The notes beneath the pieces were generated by a model. That model saw only the letters and a list, made by a program, of their open reading frames with translations. It ran no database searches and had not been told where the DNA came from. A stretch of DNA of 64,000 nt. Source: a bacterium. GTDB taxonomy: Bacteria; RBG-13-61-14; DATKZS01. Both the position numbers and the translations under genes were made by a program. Below, piece after piece: positions 1-9,073 of the stretch. How positions within the stretch are numbered: position 1 is the stretch's first letter; every line of letters begins with the position of its first letter. The DNA lies in NCBI GenBank assembly GCA_963674965.2, contig CAXXFL010000001.1:96001-160000 (forward strand). Direction: 5' to 3'.

Positions 1-1228
1 AATGGCAGATCGAGCCCTGGTTGAAGGCCACGAAGGGAAGGCCGTGCTTCTCGATCAGCTTCTGGAGGCCGGCCGTGAGCTTGTCGCCCGCCTGGCCCGC
101 CTTGACGTGGGCGCCGGTCTTTTCGATCTCGAGGATCGAGTGATATCCCGCGCAGCAGCTCAAGGGGTTGGCCGAGAGGGTGCCGCCCACGTAGGCCCGG
201 GTCTTGCCCGCCTCGAGCCCCGCGGCCAGCCTCTCCATCACCTCGCGACGTCCGCCCAGGCCGCCCGCCGCCGGATACCCGCCGGCCACGGCCTTGCCGA
301 ACACCGTCAGGTCGGGCTTCACCCCGAAGTAACCCTGGGCGCCGCCAAGGCCCACCCTGAAGCCCGTGACGACCTCGTCGAATATTAACAGGGCGCCGAA
401 CTCGTCGCAAAGCTCCCTCACCTTGGCGTTGTAGTCGAAGGGGATGGGGCGGGTGCCGCTTTCCGGACCCACCGGCTCGAGCAGCACCGCGGCCGTTCCG
501 CCGTCCTTCTCGTTGGCCTCGAGGATGGACCGGAGGTCGCCAAGGTCGGAGGGAAAGAACTCCCGCGTGTGCGCGTAGCATTCCTGGGGCAGGCCGTGGG
601 CCTCCATGGGACCGGTGCCGGGCACGTGCAGGCCGAAGACCATCTGGTCGCTCCATCCGTGGTAGGCCCCCCCCGCCTTGATCACCTTGGCCTTGCCCGT
701 GAAGGTGCGGGCCGCCCGGATGGCGGCCATCACGCTCTCGGTGCCGCTCCCGAGCATGCGGAAATACTCGATGGAGGGCATGTGCCGGTTGATAAGCTCG
801 GCCAGCTTAAGCTCGTACTCGTGGAAAAGGCCGGTCACCGGGCCGCATTCCTCGATCAGCTCGATCACCTTTTTTCGCACCGGCTCGTAGTTGCTTCCCA
901 GGATGACGGGGCCGCCGGCCTGGAGGAAGTCCACGTAGCGGTTGTCGTCCGCGTCCCACAAGTAGGCGCCCTGGGCTTTTTTGACGGCGATGGGGAAGGG
1001 ATAGTTGAAGGCCAGGTTGTGCTGGACCCCGCCGGGGATAAGCTTCTTGGCCTGGTCGGTCAGCTTTTTCGAGGCGCCGCACTTGCCCTCGAAGTAGGCC
1101 AGGTACTCCTCCATCTTCTCCCGCTTGATGGGATGCATGGGCTTGTATAAAAGGGCGTCAAGTTTCTTGTGCAGTTCATCGGCGTCGGGCCAGTGGGAAA
1201 TGGCGTATTTATTTTCACTCATGATCAT
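1..1228 (-). CDS. Class III PLP aminotransferase (GSA-aminomutase-like), 3' end runs off the window
   Basis: Read manually on the minus strand (absent from the ORF track): AGGAGG RBS, then MIMSENKYAISHWP...IPGGVQHNLAFNYPFPIAVKKAQGAYLWDADDNRYVDF, the class III N-terminal signature. Confidence 0.8.
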   Translation of the reverse strand, partial: MIMSENKYAISHWPDADELHKKLDALLYKPMHPIKREKMEEYLAYFEGKCGASKKLTDQAKKLIPGGVQHNLAFNYPFPIAVKKAQGAYLWDADDNRYVDFLQAGGPVILGSNYEPVRKKVIELIEECGPVTGLFHEYELKLAELINRHMPSIEYFRMLGSGTESVMAAIRAARTFTGKAKVIKAGGAYHGWSDQMVFGLHVPGTGPMEAHGLPQECYAHTREFFPSDLGDLRSILEANEKDGGTAAVLLEPVGPESGTRPIPFDYNAKVRELCDEFGALLIFDEVVTGFRVGLGGAQGYFGVKPDLTVFGKAVAGGYPAAGGLGGRREVMERLAAGLEAGKTRAYVGGTLSANPLSCCAGYHSILEIEKTGAHVKAGQAGDKLTAGLQKLIEKHGLPFVAFNQGSICH

Positions 1229-1247
1229 GTCCTCCTTTTTAAGCGGC

Positions 1248-1946
1248 TCAGCCCTGGGCCGGGCCTTGTTTCGCGTCCGCCGCTTTCTTCTGCTCCGCCT
1301 TCATCAGGGCGAAGACCAGGGCGGTCACGTTCTCGGGCAGCCTCGAGACCGGCCGGTTGGTGGAAAGGGCCAGGTAATAGGCCATGGCCACCTTGTCGAT
1401 GAGCTTGACGTTGATCATGGCCTTCTCGACGGTCCGCCCCAAAAGCAGACAGCCGTGGTTCTGCAGGATGAAGGCGTTGCATTCGTTGGCCACGGCCGCG
1501 CCGATGTTTTTTAAAAGTTCCTCGCTGCCCGAGAGGGCGTAGGGCACCAGGTCGATCCTGTCGCCCAGGTTGGCCACCTGCTCGTCGAAGATGGCCGGGA
1601 TCGGCTCCCCGATGAGGGCGAACATGCTGGGGTAGACCTGGTGGGTGTGGGCGATGGCGTTGACGTCGGGCCTTTTCTTGTAGACCTCGAGGTGCATGCC
1701 CGTCTCGAGGGACGGACGGTGCTCGCCCTCCACCACGTTTTTGTCGAAATCGACCACGCAGATATCGTCGTCCGTGAGGGTCAGGTAATCCATGCTCGAG
1801 GGAGTAATGGCCACGAGCTTCTCGCCCTCGACCAGCACGGAAATGTTTCCACCCGTCCCGACCAGGTATTTTTCCTCGGCCAGCTTTTTGGCGCACTCCC
1901 TCAAAATCGTTTTATATTTTTTAACGTTACTCATTCTATCCTCCAA
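1248..1946 (-). CDS. Class II aldolase/adducin family (FucA-like); true start may be 1934
   Basis: GTGGNIS, ITPS, PSLETGMHLEVY, AIAHTH and LQNHG metal-binding motifs. Confidence 0.85.
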   Translation of the reverse strand: MEDRMSNVKKYKTILRECAKKLAEEKYLVGTGGNISVLVEGEKLVAITPSSMDYLTLTDDDICVVDFDKNVVEGEHRPSLETGMHLEVYKKRPDVNAIAHTHQVYPSMFALIGEPIPAIFDEQVANLGDRIDLVPYALSGSEELLKNIGAAVANECNAFILQNHGCLLLGRTVEKAMINVKLIDKVAMAYYLALSTNRPVSRLPENVTALVFALMKAEQKKAADAKQGPAQG

Positions 1947-1983
1947 ATATCTTTGCCAAACGGCTACTTACAAAATAATATCG

Positions 1984-1997
1984 ACTGACTGGTCAGT
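1984..1997. promoter_or_regulatory. Putative repressor operator (TetR-like palindrome)
   Basis: ACTGAC-TG-GTCAGT inverted repeat directly downstream of the -10 box. Confidence 0.6.
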
Positions 1998-2026
1998 ATT
2001 ATAGGCAAAGAGGAAAGGCTTGTCAA
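1998..2026 (-). promoter_or_regulatory. Sigma70 promoter for the aldolase-aminotransferase operon
   Basis: Minus strand TTGACA (2026-2021), 17-bp spacer, TATAAT (2003-1998): perfect consensus. Confidence 0.85.
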
Positions 2027-2319
2027 GATAATTTTTTCAAAGGAAACGAAAGCGGCTGAATATAGGGAAAAGACCATCGCGGAAATTCAACCGCTTGGGC
2101 CTTTTCCATACTGGCTTTGCTTTTTAGGCGCGCGGGCGCCTTAACAATCAATCCATTCCGGAACTTCCCCCAATTTTAACCGTTTCACTCTTGGTTCCTT
2201 TTTTCATCCGGCAAGTTGTCCGCCACTCGAAGTGAAAATCATTCCTCGCCTCCTCGCGCGGATAGTCTGGGACGCCGCTGCAAAGGACGCGGCCGCCTCC
2301 CCCCGAAGGGGGGAAATTC

Positions 2320-2490
2320 GAGTAGCCGTAGGCTTTGGCCTACGGTGGGATTTGGCAAATATTCTTCGGCCCTGAAGGGGCCGGACTCGCGGCGACCTGG
2401 ATTGCCGACGCCCGGCAAGGTTCGCCCCCCGTAGGGGCGCCGAAGAAATTTTCGGCCACGCCTCCCGTAGGCTTGCGCCTACGGCTACTC
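2320..2490. repeat. Inverted pair of GTAG-type REP-like hairpins (REPIN-like)
   Basis: GAGTAGCCGTAGGCtttgGCCTACGG at 2320-2345 and the inverted copy CCGTAGGCttgcGCCTACGGCTACTC ending at 2490; imperfect similarity extends about 60 bp inward. Confidence 0.7.
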
Positions 2491-2590
2491 TCGTTAAAGC
2501 CCTTCGGGCTTGGTCTTCGAAATATTTGCATACCGCCACGAACCGTACGTCTCAAGTTTTATAAATTGGGGAAGTCCACATCCATTCCTC

Positions 2591-2648
2591 TTGACGTCGG
2601 GAATGGGGACCTCTATACTAATTATGTACGACTTGTACGTTATGTACG
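2591..2648 (+). promoter_or_regulatory. Sigma70 promoter plus three TGTACG operator-like repeats
   Basis: TTGACG (2591-2596), 17-bp spacer, TATACT (2614-2619); TGTACG at 2625, 2634 and 2643. Confidence 0.7.
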
Positions 2649-2663
2649 ATTTGGGAGGAATGA

Positions 2664-3194
2664 ATGGCAAAGGCGAAAAAACTGGACGACAATTTGCAAA
2701 CCGATCATGGGAACAAGCAAAACCCGAGGTTTCAGGGCGTCACGCGCTACAAGGTCTCGACTTTCAGGGAGAATTTAAAGAGCATTCTGGATGAGGTCCA
2801 TTTGGGTAAAAGGGTCCTGATCGACGTCCGGGACACGCCTTACGCCTTTTTAATTCCCGCGGACGCCCCCGCCGCGCCAATGGGCGAATATGAAGACCAG
2901 CTTGCCTGCATTATATCCGAGCGGTTGCTCAAGGACGCTCCCATGCATATTCTAAGGCCGCAGATCGAAGAACTCGCCAGGCTCGAAAGGGAGGAACTTT
3001 TCGCTCTTATGGACATCGATAAGTTTCCCCTGCCCAGGGAGGTGAGGAAAAGGGTCCTCGCTAAATTGAAAAATCCCGAAATTTTGAAGCGGCTCGAGAA
3101 AAGGCGAAAAATTGTGGACTCGATCCTGGCCGCGAAACGCGACGGGCTTTACGAGGCCTCGGAACACGCCACGGGATTGCAGACCTTTGAATAA
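2664..3194 (+). CDS. Phd/YefM-like DNA-binding domain protein with a helical C-terminal extension
   Basis: KVSTFRENLKSILDEVHLGKRVLIDVRDTPYAFLIP fits the Phd/YefM pattern; GGAGG RBS. Confidence 0.6.
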   Translation: MAKAKKLDDNLQTDHGNKQNPRFQGVTRYKVSTFRENLKSILDEVHLGKRVLIDVRDTPYAFLIPADAPAAPMGEYEDQLACIISERLLKDAPMHILRPQIEELARLEREELFALMDIDKFPLPREVRKRVLAKLKNPEILKRLEKRRKIVDSILAAKRDGLYEASEHATGLQTFE

Positions 3195-3219
3195 TGGCCG
3201 CGCTCGCCATGGTTCCCAT

Positions 3220-4275
3220 TCAAAACCTCACGGGCCAGCCCGAGGGTTCGGCGGCGATGCCGGACCCCGTTTGCTCGGCCAGGCGCCGGGCGGCCAGGGT
3301 CGCGGCGACGGGTGAGGAGTCGATGCCGATCCAGTCCCGGCCCAGGCGGTGGGCGGCGGCTGCCGAGGCCCCGCTGCCCAGGAAGGGATCGAGCACCAGG
3401 TCGCCGGGGTCAGAGCTCGAGGAGACGATCCTCTCGAGAAGGGCCAGGGGCTTCTGGGTGGGATACCCGGTCCTCTCCCGGGCCTGGGAATGAACGTACT
3501 GGACGTCGGTCCACACGTCCCCCGCGGCCGACTTCCTCGGCTCGCGGCGGACCACGCGGCCGTAGCGGGAAAAGTCCAGCCTGCCCTCCTCGGCCGCCGC
3601 GTTGGCCTTTTCCTCGTCGTAGATCAAAAGCTGGAGCACCTTGCCCGAGGGACCTTTGACCTTGTTCACGTTCCAGCCCCGCTCGATCACCCGGGCCTGC
3701 GACTCGGTGGGATCGACGTAGGGCGCGTGGAACTTGACCTTGCCGCCGCCGCCGTAAAAGAGGATCACGTCGTGCATGCGCTGGAAGCCGGCCTGGGCGT
3801 TGGTCCATCTCCGGTAGTGCCAGACGATCTCGTTCTTGAAGTTTTCCCGCCCGAAGACCGAGTCCATGAGGAGCTTGAGGTAATGTCCGGCCGAGGGGTC
3901 GCAGTGGAGGTAAATCGAGCCCGCCGGCCTCAGGGTCCTTTTCATCTCGAGGAGCCTGGGCGCCATCATGGCCAGATAGGCCGCCATGTCGGACTTCCCC
4001 AGGAAATCACGCAGCGCGGCCAGGAGCTTGCCCGTCTCGCCTCCTTGGTTGACCGCCTCCTCGAAGGCGTCCCGCGCCCGGTCGTCCCATTTCCAGGCGT
4101 CGTCAAAGGCCTCGACCCGGACCTTCCCTTCCCTCCCCTTTTCCTCCAGGCTGGCGGCGTACTTGCGGTTGCTCTTGAAGGGAGGATCGAGGTAAATGAG
4201 GTCCACGCTCGAGTCGGCGACCTCGCGCCGGAGCACCTCGAGGTTGTCGCCCAGATGGATTGTCCCGGAGGGCAT
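3220..4275 (-). CDS. Site-specific DNA methyltransferase, beta class (N6/N4), orphan
   Basis: Starts MPSGTIHLGDNL; IYLDPPF (motif IV) precedes GYPTQKP and LDPFLGSG (motif I); the ORF-track extension to 5160 is spurious. Confidence 0.9.
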   Translation of the reverse strand: MPSGTIHLGDNLEVLRREVADSSVDLIYLDPPFKSNRKYAASLEEKGREGKVRVEAFDDAWKWDDRARDAFEEAVNQGGETGKLLAALRDFLGKSDMAAYLAMMAPRLLEMKRTLRPAGSIYLHCDPSAGHYLKLLMDSVFGRENFKNEIVWHYRRWTNAQAGFQRMHDVILFYGGGGKVKFHAPYVDPTESQARVIERGWNVNKVKGPSGKVLQLLIYDEEKANAAAEEGRLDFSRYGRVVRREPRKSAAGDVWTDVQYVHSQARERTGYPTQKPLALLERIVSSSSDPGDLVLDPFLGSGASAAAAHRLGRDWIGIDSSPVAATLAARRLAEQTGSGIAAEPSGWPVRF

Positions 4276-5513
4276 CAGGACGCGGCCTTCTCCCGCCTCG
4301 GGTCGGGCGCGGCCTCGGCCTTGTCGGGAAGAAGCAGCCGGGCCAGGAAGGGACAGACCAGGCCCATGATGATGGCCATCAGAAGAAGGCTCCCCTGCAT
4401 CTCGGCCGACACGCCAATGCCCGCGTCGCCATGGCCCGCCTGGTGGGCCGACTCCGCCAGCGACGCCCCCACCTCGGCCACGGCCACCGTCAGCGTGAGC
4501 GGAGCGGCCAGCAACAGGCCCGCGGCCAGCACTTCCCTCAGCTTGAGGCCCACGCGGAGGAAGGCCAAGGAGGGAAAGACCTTGACCGACAAGGCCAATA
4601 GCGCCAGTACGCCCAGTTCCTCCCACCTGATGGACTTGAGGGTGGCAAAGGGATTGAAATGAGTGCCCACCACGATGAAGAAGAAGGGAACGAAAAAGCC
4701 CTGGCCCATGGCGTTGATCTTCTCGGCCACGACCTCCCTTTCCTGGAAGATGAACCCGAACATGGCCCCCGCCAAAAAGGCCCCGAGGATGGGCTCGACC
4801 TCGACGTAGGCCGACAGGGCCACGAAGATGAAAAGCAGGGCCACCGAGAGCCGGACGCCCAGCTCGAGGGGATCGGCGCCCGCCAGCACGGACTCCACCT
4901 TTTCCGGCGCCCACCAGATGATGAAACGGAAGACCCGGATCAAAAGGTAGGCCAGGATGAATATGCCCGCGAACTTGCCGATGGCCATGGCGAACATGGC
5001 GGGCTCGGGATACTTGGCCCGAAAGTCCAGCACGGTAAGGGCGAGGATGGACAGGGTCTCCCCGATCAGTCCCACCGCCAGGGTCACCTGGCCGATGGGC
5101 TCGGGCAGGAGCCGCTTCTCGCGAAGCAGAACGCTGGCCAAGCCTATGGAAACGGCGCACACGGCCAGCGTGGGCCAGGGGCCGATGCCCAGGTAAAGGG
5201 CCAGGGCGACCGAGGCCCCAGCCGCCAGGATGGTCCAGATCACGGCCGTGCCCAGGGTCTTGGAGCCTCTTTTGCGCAGCGGCGCGAAGTCGATCTCCAT
5301 GCCGGCGCTGAACATGAGGATGGCGAACCCGATCTGGGCCATGAGGTCGGTAAAGTCGGACTGGGATATAAGCTTCAGAACGCTGGGCCCGAGGGCCACG
5401 CCGTAGAGTATCTCGCCCACGGCGGAGGGCGCCCTGAGCCGCCTGGCGATCATGGGCAGGGCGAAGGCCCCGATGGCGATCCAGAAAAGGCTCGCGGCCG
5501 CGGCGGTGGTCAA
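4275..5513 (-). CDS. Cation:proton antiporter (CPA2/KefB-like)
   Basis: Polytopic hydrophobic protein with GEILYGVALGP, LMFSAGME, ILGAFLAG and GFFVPFFF; TTG start overlaps the upstream stop. Confidence 0.85.
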   Translation of the reverse strand: MTTAAAASLFWIAIGAFALPMIARRLRAPSAVGEILYGVALGPSVLKLISQSDFTDLMAQIGFAILMFSAGMEIDFAPLRKRGSKTLGTAVIWTILAAGASVALALYLGIGPWPTLAVCAVSIGLASVLLREKRLLPEPIGQVTLAVGLIGETLSILALTVLDFRAKYPEPAMFAMAIGKFAGIFILAYLLIRVFRFIIWWAPEKVESVLAGADPLELGVRLSVALLFIFVALSAYVEVEPILGAFLAGAMFGFIFQEREVVAEKINAMGQGFFVPFFFIVVGTHFNPFATLKSIRWEELGVLALLALSVKVFPSLAFLRVGLKLREVLAAGLLLAAPLTLTVAVAEVGASLAESAHQAGHGDAGIGVSAEMQGSLLLMAIIMGLVCPFLARLLLPDKAEAAPDPRREKAAS

Positions 5514-7036
5514 TCTTCCTCTCCGGTGTAGGGCAGGACCATGACCGAGCAATCGACGCGGTCGAGTATCTCGAAGGTGATGTTCATCCTGGGCCAGAAG
5601 GACCTTCTTCCCTTCCGGTGGCCGAGGAGGAGGAGGTCGGAATCCTTCGCCAGCTCGACCACCTTCTTGATGGGGTTTCCCTCCACGTGGATGATGTTGA
5701 CGTGGTGCCGGTAAAGCGAGGACCTCTCGACCACCTTGTCGAGAATCTTCCTTTGCTCGGCCACCTCCTCCTCGCCCACGGCGAAGCGGGGCTCGGTGAC
5801 GGTGACGGCCCCCAGGGTGGCGTTGAAGAGCCTGGAGAGGTCTATCCCGAGCTGGGCCACGGCGTAGGGGCTGTTCTTGACCGACACCGGCGCCAGGATG
5901 TTCTTGTAAGGGTGAGACCCCCTCGAGACGAGCACGGGATACTGGGCCCTCTCGAGCACGCGGGTAAGGACGCTCGAGAGCATTCCCGTCCTGCGAAGCA
6001 GCCCGAGCCGTTTTTGGGATAAAACCACGCACCCGAAGTCCTGGGCCTGGCTGGACCGGCGCTGGGGATCGTCATCGTCGTGGAGGAAGTTGGCCATCTC
6101 GCAGGTCACCCCGACCCCGCCGCATATCCGTTCGGCCACCTCGAGGTCGGGCTCGGCCTGGCCCGGCAAATGAAGCATGACCACGCTGGTGGCCTTGGTG
6201 TTGGACGCCAGGTAATGGGACTCGGACACCAGGTCCTCGTTCGAGTCCTTCCCGCCCCCGGCCAGGACGCCGATGAGAGGGCCGTACTGGAGGGGAAACT
6301 CGGGCTGCCCCATTTTGAAGAAGTCGGCTATGCCGTTGAGCACGTGGGGCTCGCCGATAAGCACGACCCTGTCCCCCTCCTGGATCACCGTGTGGCCGTG
6401 GGGCACCACCAGCTTCTCGTTGCGGTAGATGGCGCCCACCAGCCAGGGCCGGGCCCGGTAGGTCGAGAGCGGCCTGCCCACCACGGGCGAGCCGGGCAAG
6501 ATGGGCACCTCGAGTATCTCGCCCTGCCCCAGGCCCACGTTAAGAGCGGTCCTGCGGTCCTGCAGCACCCGGGCCTCGAGGAAGGCCCCCAGCACCTTGG
6601 CCCGGTTCACCGTCTCGACCCCCAGCTTCTCGTACTCCTCGATCCGGCTCGAGCTGTGGATAAGGCCCAGCATCCGCTTGACCCCGAAGTTCTCCTTTAC
6701 GATGCGGCAGACCTCGACGTTGACCTCGTCCCGACGCGTCGTCGTCACCACCACGTCGTCCGGATTAAGTCCAAGCTCCTCCCAACTGATGCGGCTGGTG
6801 GCGTCCTTTTTCGCCAGCTCCGCCAGCCCCCCCAGCACCCGGTCCTTGGCCAGCTCGAACTTCCTTTCCTCGACGTCGAGACCGACCACCCGGGCGTGCT
6901 TCATCAGCCGGTATAAAAGCTCCCGGCCCGTCTGGCCCATGCCCACCACGAATATCCGCGGGCCCTGGACCTCCTCGGCCGCGGGCGCCTCCTCCTCGCC
7001 GGGGTCGCGAGGGTCCTTTAATATCTCGTCTTCCAT
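5510..7036 (-). CDS. TrkA-N/TrkA-C (RCK) regulator fused to universal stress protein domain(s)
   Basis: VVGMGQTG Rossmann motif; AIYRNEKLVVPHGHTVIQEGDRVVLIG (TrkA-C); C-terminal GNPIKKVVELAKDSDLLLLG...CSVMVLP (USP). Confidence 0.85.
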   Translation of the reverse strand: MEDEILKDPRDPGEEEAPAAEEVQGPRIFVVGMGQTGRELLYRLMKHARVVGLDVEERKFELAKDRVLGGLAELAKKDATSRISWEELGLNPDDVVVTTTRRDEVNVEVCRIVKENFGVKRMLGLIHSSSRIEEYEKLGVETVNRAKVLGAFLEARVLQDRRTALNVGLGQGEILEVPILPGSPVVGRPLSTYRARPWLVGAIYRNEKLVVPHGHTVIQEGDRVVLIGEPHVLNGIADFFKMGQPEFPLQYGPLIGVLAGGGKDSNEDLVSESHYLASNTKATSVVMLHLPGQAEPDLEVAERICGGVGVTCEMANFLHDDDDPQRRSSQAQDFGCVVLSQKRLGLLRRTGMLSSVLTRVLERAQYPVLVSRGSHPYKNILAPVSVKNSPYAVAQLGIDLSRLFNATLGAVTVTEPRFAVGEEEVAEQRKILDKVVERSSLYRHHVNIIHVEGNPIKKVVELAKDSDLLLLGHRKGRRSFWPRMNITFEILDRVDCSVMVLPYTGEED

Positions 7037-7248
7037 CGAATTCTCCGAAGCTCTTTATAGCGATACGCCGGGCCGCCGGCGATAAAACCCTTCCTTTTCC
7101 CGTATCCCATAACTTTGTTATGTGGGCGAGTTTTACGAGCGGGTCATATGGCCTTACTTTAAAATCGCCGCGTCGTTCACGCGCGGCTTCAACTCGTCCT
7201 AATATATATCATGCCCGCCCAATAATCACCCCTCACGCCGGGGGGGTC

Positions 7249-7451
7249 CCGGATAGCTTTTGCCGTCTGGGCGCCGAAGGCGCGGGAAAGCGGGGTGGCC
7301 CGGATAGCTTTGCTATCTGGGCGCCGAAGGCGCGGGAAAGAGGGATGGCCCGGATAGCTTTTGCTATCTGGGCGCAGAAGGCGCGGGAAAGCGGGGTGGC
7401 CCGGATAGCTTTTGCTATCTGGGCGCAGAAGGCGCGGGAAAGCGGGGTGGC
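7249..7451. repeat. Four tandem 50-51 bp hairpin repeats
   Basis: Unit CCGGATAGCttttGCTATCTGGGCGCnGAAGGCGCGGGAAAGnGGGnTGGC at 7249, 7300, 7350 and 7401; a further copy at about 8484. Confidence 0.9.
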
Positions 7452-7457
7452 CCGGCC

Positions 7458-8659
7458 GGTTTCGTAAGAAACCGCCCGGGTCCGGCAAAGCCGGATGGGT
7501 ACATTGGCTGGGTGAATGTAGACCGCGACGAAGATACGGCGGCCCGATTCATCGGGCTCCCGAGCGAGCTTTAGCGACGCGAGCTAATAGGCCCGCGCTT
7601 CAGCGCGGGTTGCTCGGTGGCCCGCGTTATCGATCAAGGGCGTTTTAACGTCCTTCTCGAGACGGACGCTTCAGCGGCCCGCTCCCCTGGCTCGACCCGG
7701 ACCGCGTCGCTCCTCGCGCCGTTCCCGGATAAATCCATATTAACGAGAAGCGCGTTGAAACGCGCTCCCGGAAAAAGATATCGGAGCGACCGGCAACCCG
7801 CGCTAAAGCGCGGGCCTGGAACTCGCCACGCTCGGAAGGCCGTTGAAACGGCCAAGGCGGAAAGCCGGGGCCGATTTTGTCAAAAACCGCCCGGGCCGGC
7901 AAAGCCGGATGGGTACATTGGCTGGGTGAAGTAGACCGCGACGAAGATACGGCGGCCCGATTCATCGGGCTCCCGAGCGAGCTTTAGCGACGCGAGCTAA
8001 TAGGCCCGCGCTTCAGCGCGGGTTGCTCGGTGGCCCGCGTTATCGATCAAGGGCGTTTTAACGTCCTTCTCGCGACGGACGCTTCAGCGGCCCGTTCCCC
8101 GGGCTCGACCCGGACCGCGGCGCTCCTTGCGCCGTTCCCCGGATAAATCCGTTGTCACGAGAAGCGCGTTGAAACGCGCTCCCGGAAAAAAATATCGGGG
8201 CGACCGGCAACCCGCGCTAAAGCGCGGGCCTGGAACTCGCCACGCTCGGAAGGCCGTTGAAACGGCCAAGGCGGAAAGCCGGGGCGGGTTTTGCCAAAAA
8301 CCTCCACTCGGCCAAAAACCGTCCGGGTCTGGCGGTGCCGGATTGGCACGTCGGCATGATGGCGGAGACTCGTGGAAAGATGGAGTGACGAAAGGGACGG
8401 GGCGGAATACCCATCCCGCTCCGCGGGACCCGCGCGGTTTCTTCGAAACCGGACGGGCAACCCATTGGCGGGCGGGGTGATGGCCCGGATAGCTCCGCTA
8501 TCTGGGCGCCGAAGGCGCGGGAAAGAGGGCGACGGTCCACCGGGCGCGCGCATGTCAATCCAACGGCGCACTGAACGCGAGCTATCCGCGCCACCCATCG
8601 CCTGGGGCGGCCCTGTACCCATCCCGCTTCGCGGGACCCGCGCGGTTTCTTACGAAACC
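7458..8659. mobile_element. Possible non-autonomous REP/MITE-like element bounded by 46-bp inverted repeats
   Basis: 7458-7503 matches the reverse complement of 8614-8659 at 42 of 46 positions; a related copy lies at 8408-8468; no transposase. Confidence 0.45.
7469..8302. repeat. Tandem duplication of a ~415-bp palindrome-rich unit
   Basis: Near-identical copies start at 7469 and 7884; they contain GCCCGATtcATCGGGC, CCCGCGCTtcAGCGCGGG, GCGCGTTgaAACGCGC and GGCCGTTgaAACGGCC. Confidence 0.9.
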
Positions 8660-8742
8660 AGACGGGTCACCCATTGGTCACCCTAGTCCTCGTTTCACAG
8701 GCTGGATCAGCCGTGCTAAGATTTGTGCTGGGAGGACAAGAA

Positions 8743-9060
8743 ATGGAAGAGGAGAAACAAAACCAGCAGCGCCCGATCAACCTGGAGATTCAGGTGGACC
8801 CGGAGATGGAGGGCGGCCAGTACGTCAACATGGCGGTGGCCCAGCACTCGGGCTCGGAGTTCATCCTGGACTTCATCTTCATCCCGCCGGGCCAGCTCAA
8901 GGCCAAGGTCAAGTCTAGGATCATCCTGGCCCCGGAGCACGCCAAGCGTCTTCTTTACCTCATGAGCGACAACGTGAAGAAGTACGAGGGCCGCTTCGGG
9001 GAGATCAAGCTGGTCGAGCAGGGCCCAAGGCCCATGCCCGCTCCGCGCAATATCCAGTAG
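8743..9060 (+). CDS. DUF3467 family protein
   Basis: GQYVNMAVAQHSGSEFILDF...SRIILAPEHAKRL...YEGRFGEI. Confidence 0.85.
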   Translation: MEEEKQNQQRPINLEIQVDPEMEGGQYVNMAVAQHSGSEFILDFIFIPPGQLKAKVKSRIILAPEHAKRLLYLMSDNVKKYEGRFGEIKLVEQGPRPMPAPRNIQ

Positions 9061-9073
9061 GAACGAGGACAAA

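Noticed and set aside
4276-6032. Long N-terminal extensions of the MTase (to 5160) and the antiporter (to 6032) in the ORF track
   Set aside because: They overlap real upstream genes in other frames; the coupled starts at 4275 and 5513 fit better.
7249-7451. Possible CRISPR array
   Set aside because: The units are contiguous tandem repeats with no unique spacers, and there are no cas genes in the window.
7120-8686. Several 60-155 aa ORFs in the repeat region
   Set aside because: They are by-products of GC-rich repeats, overlap in many frames, and show no family motifs.
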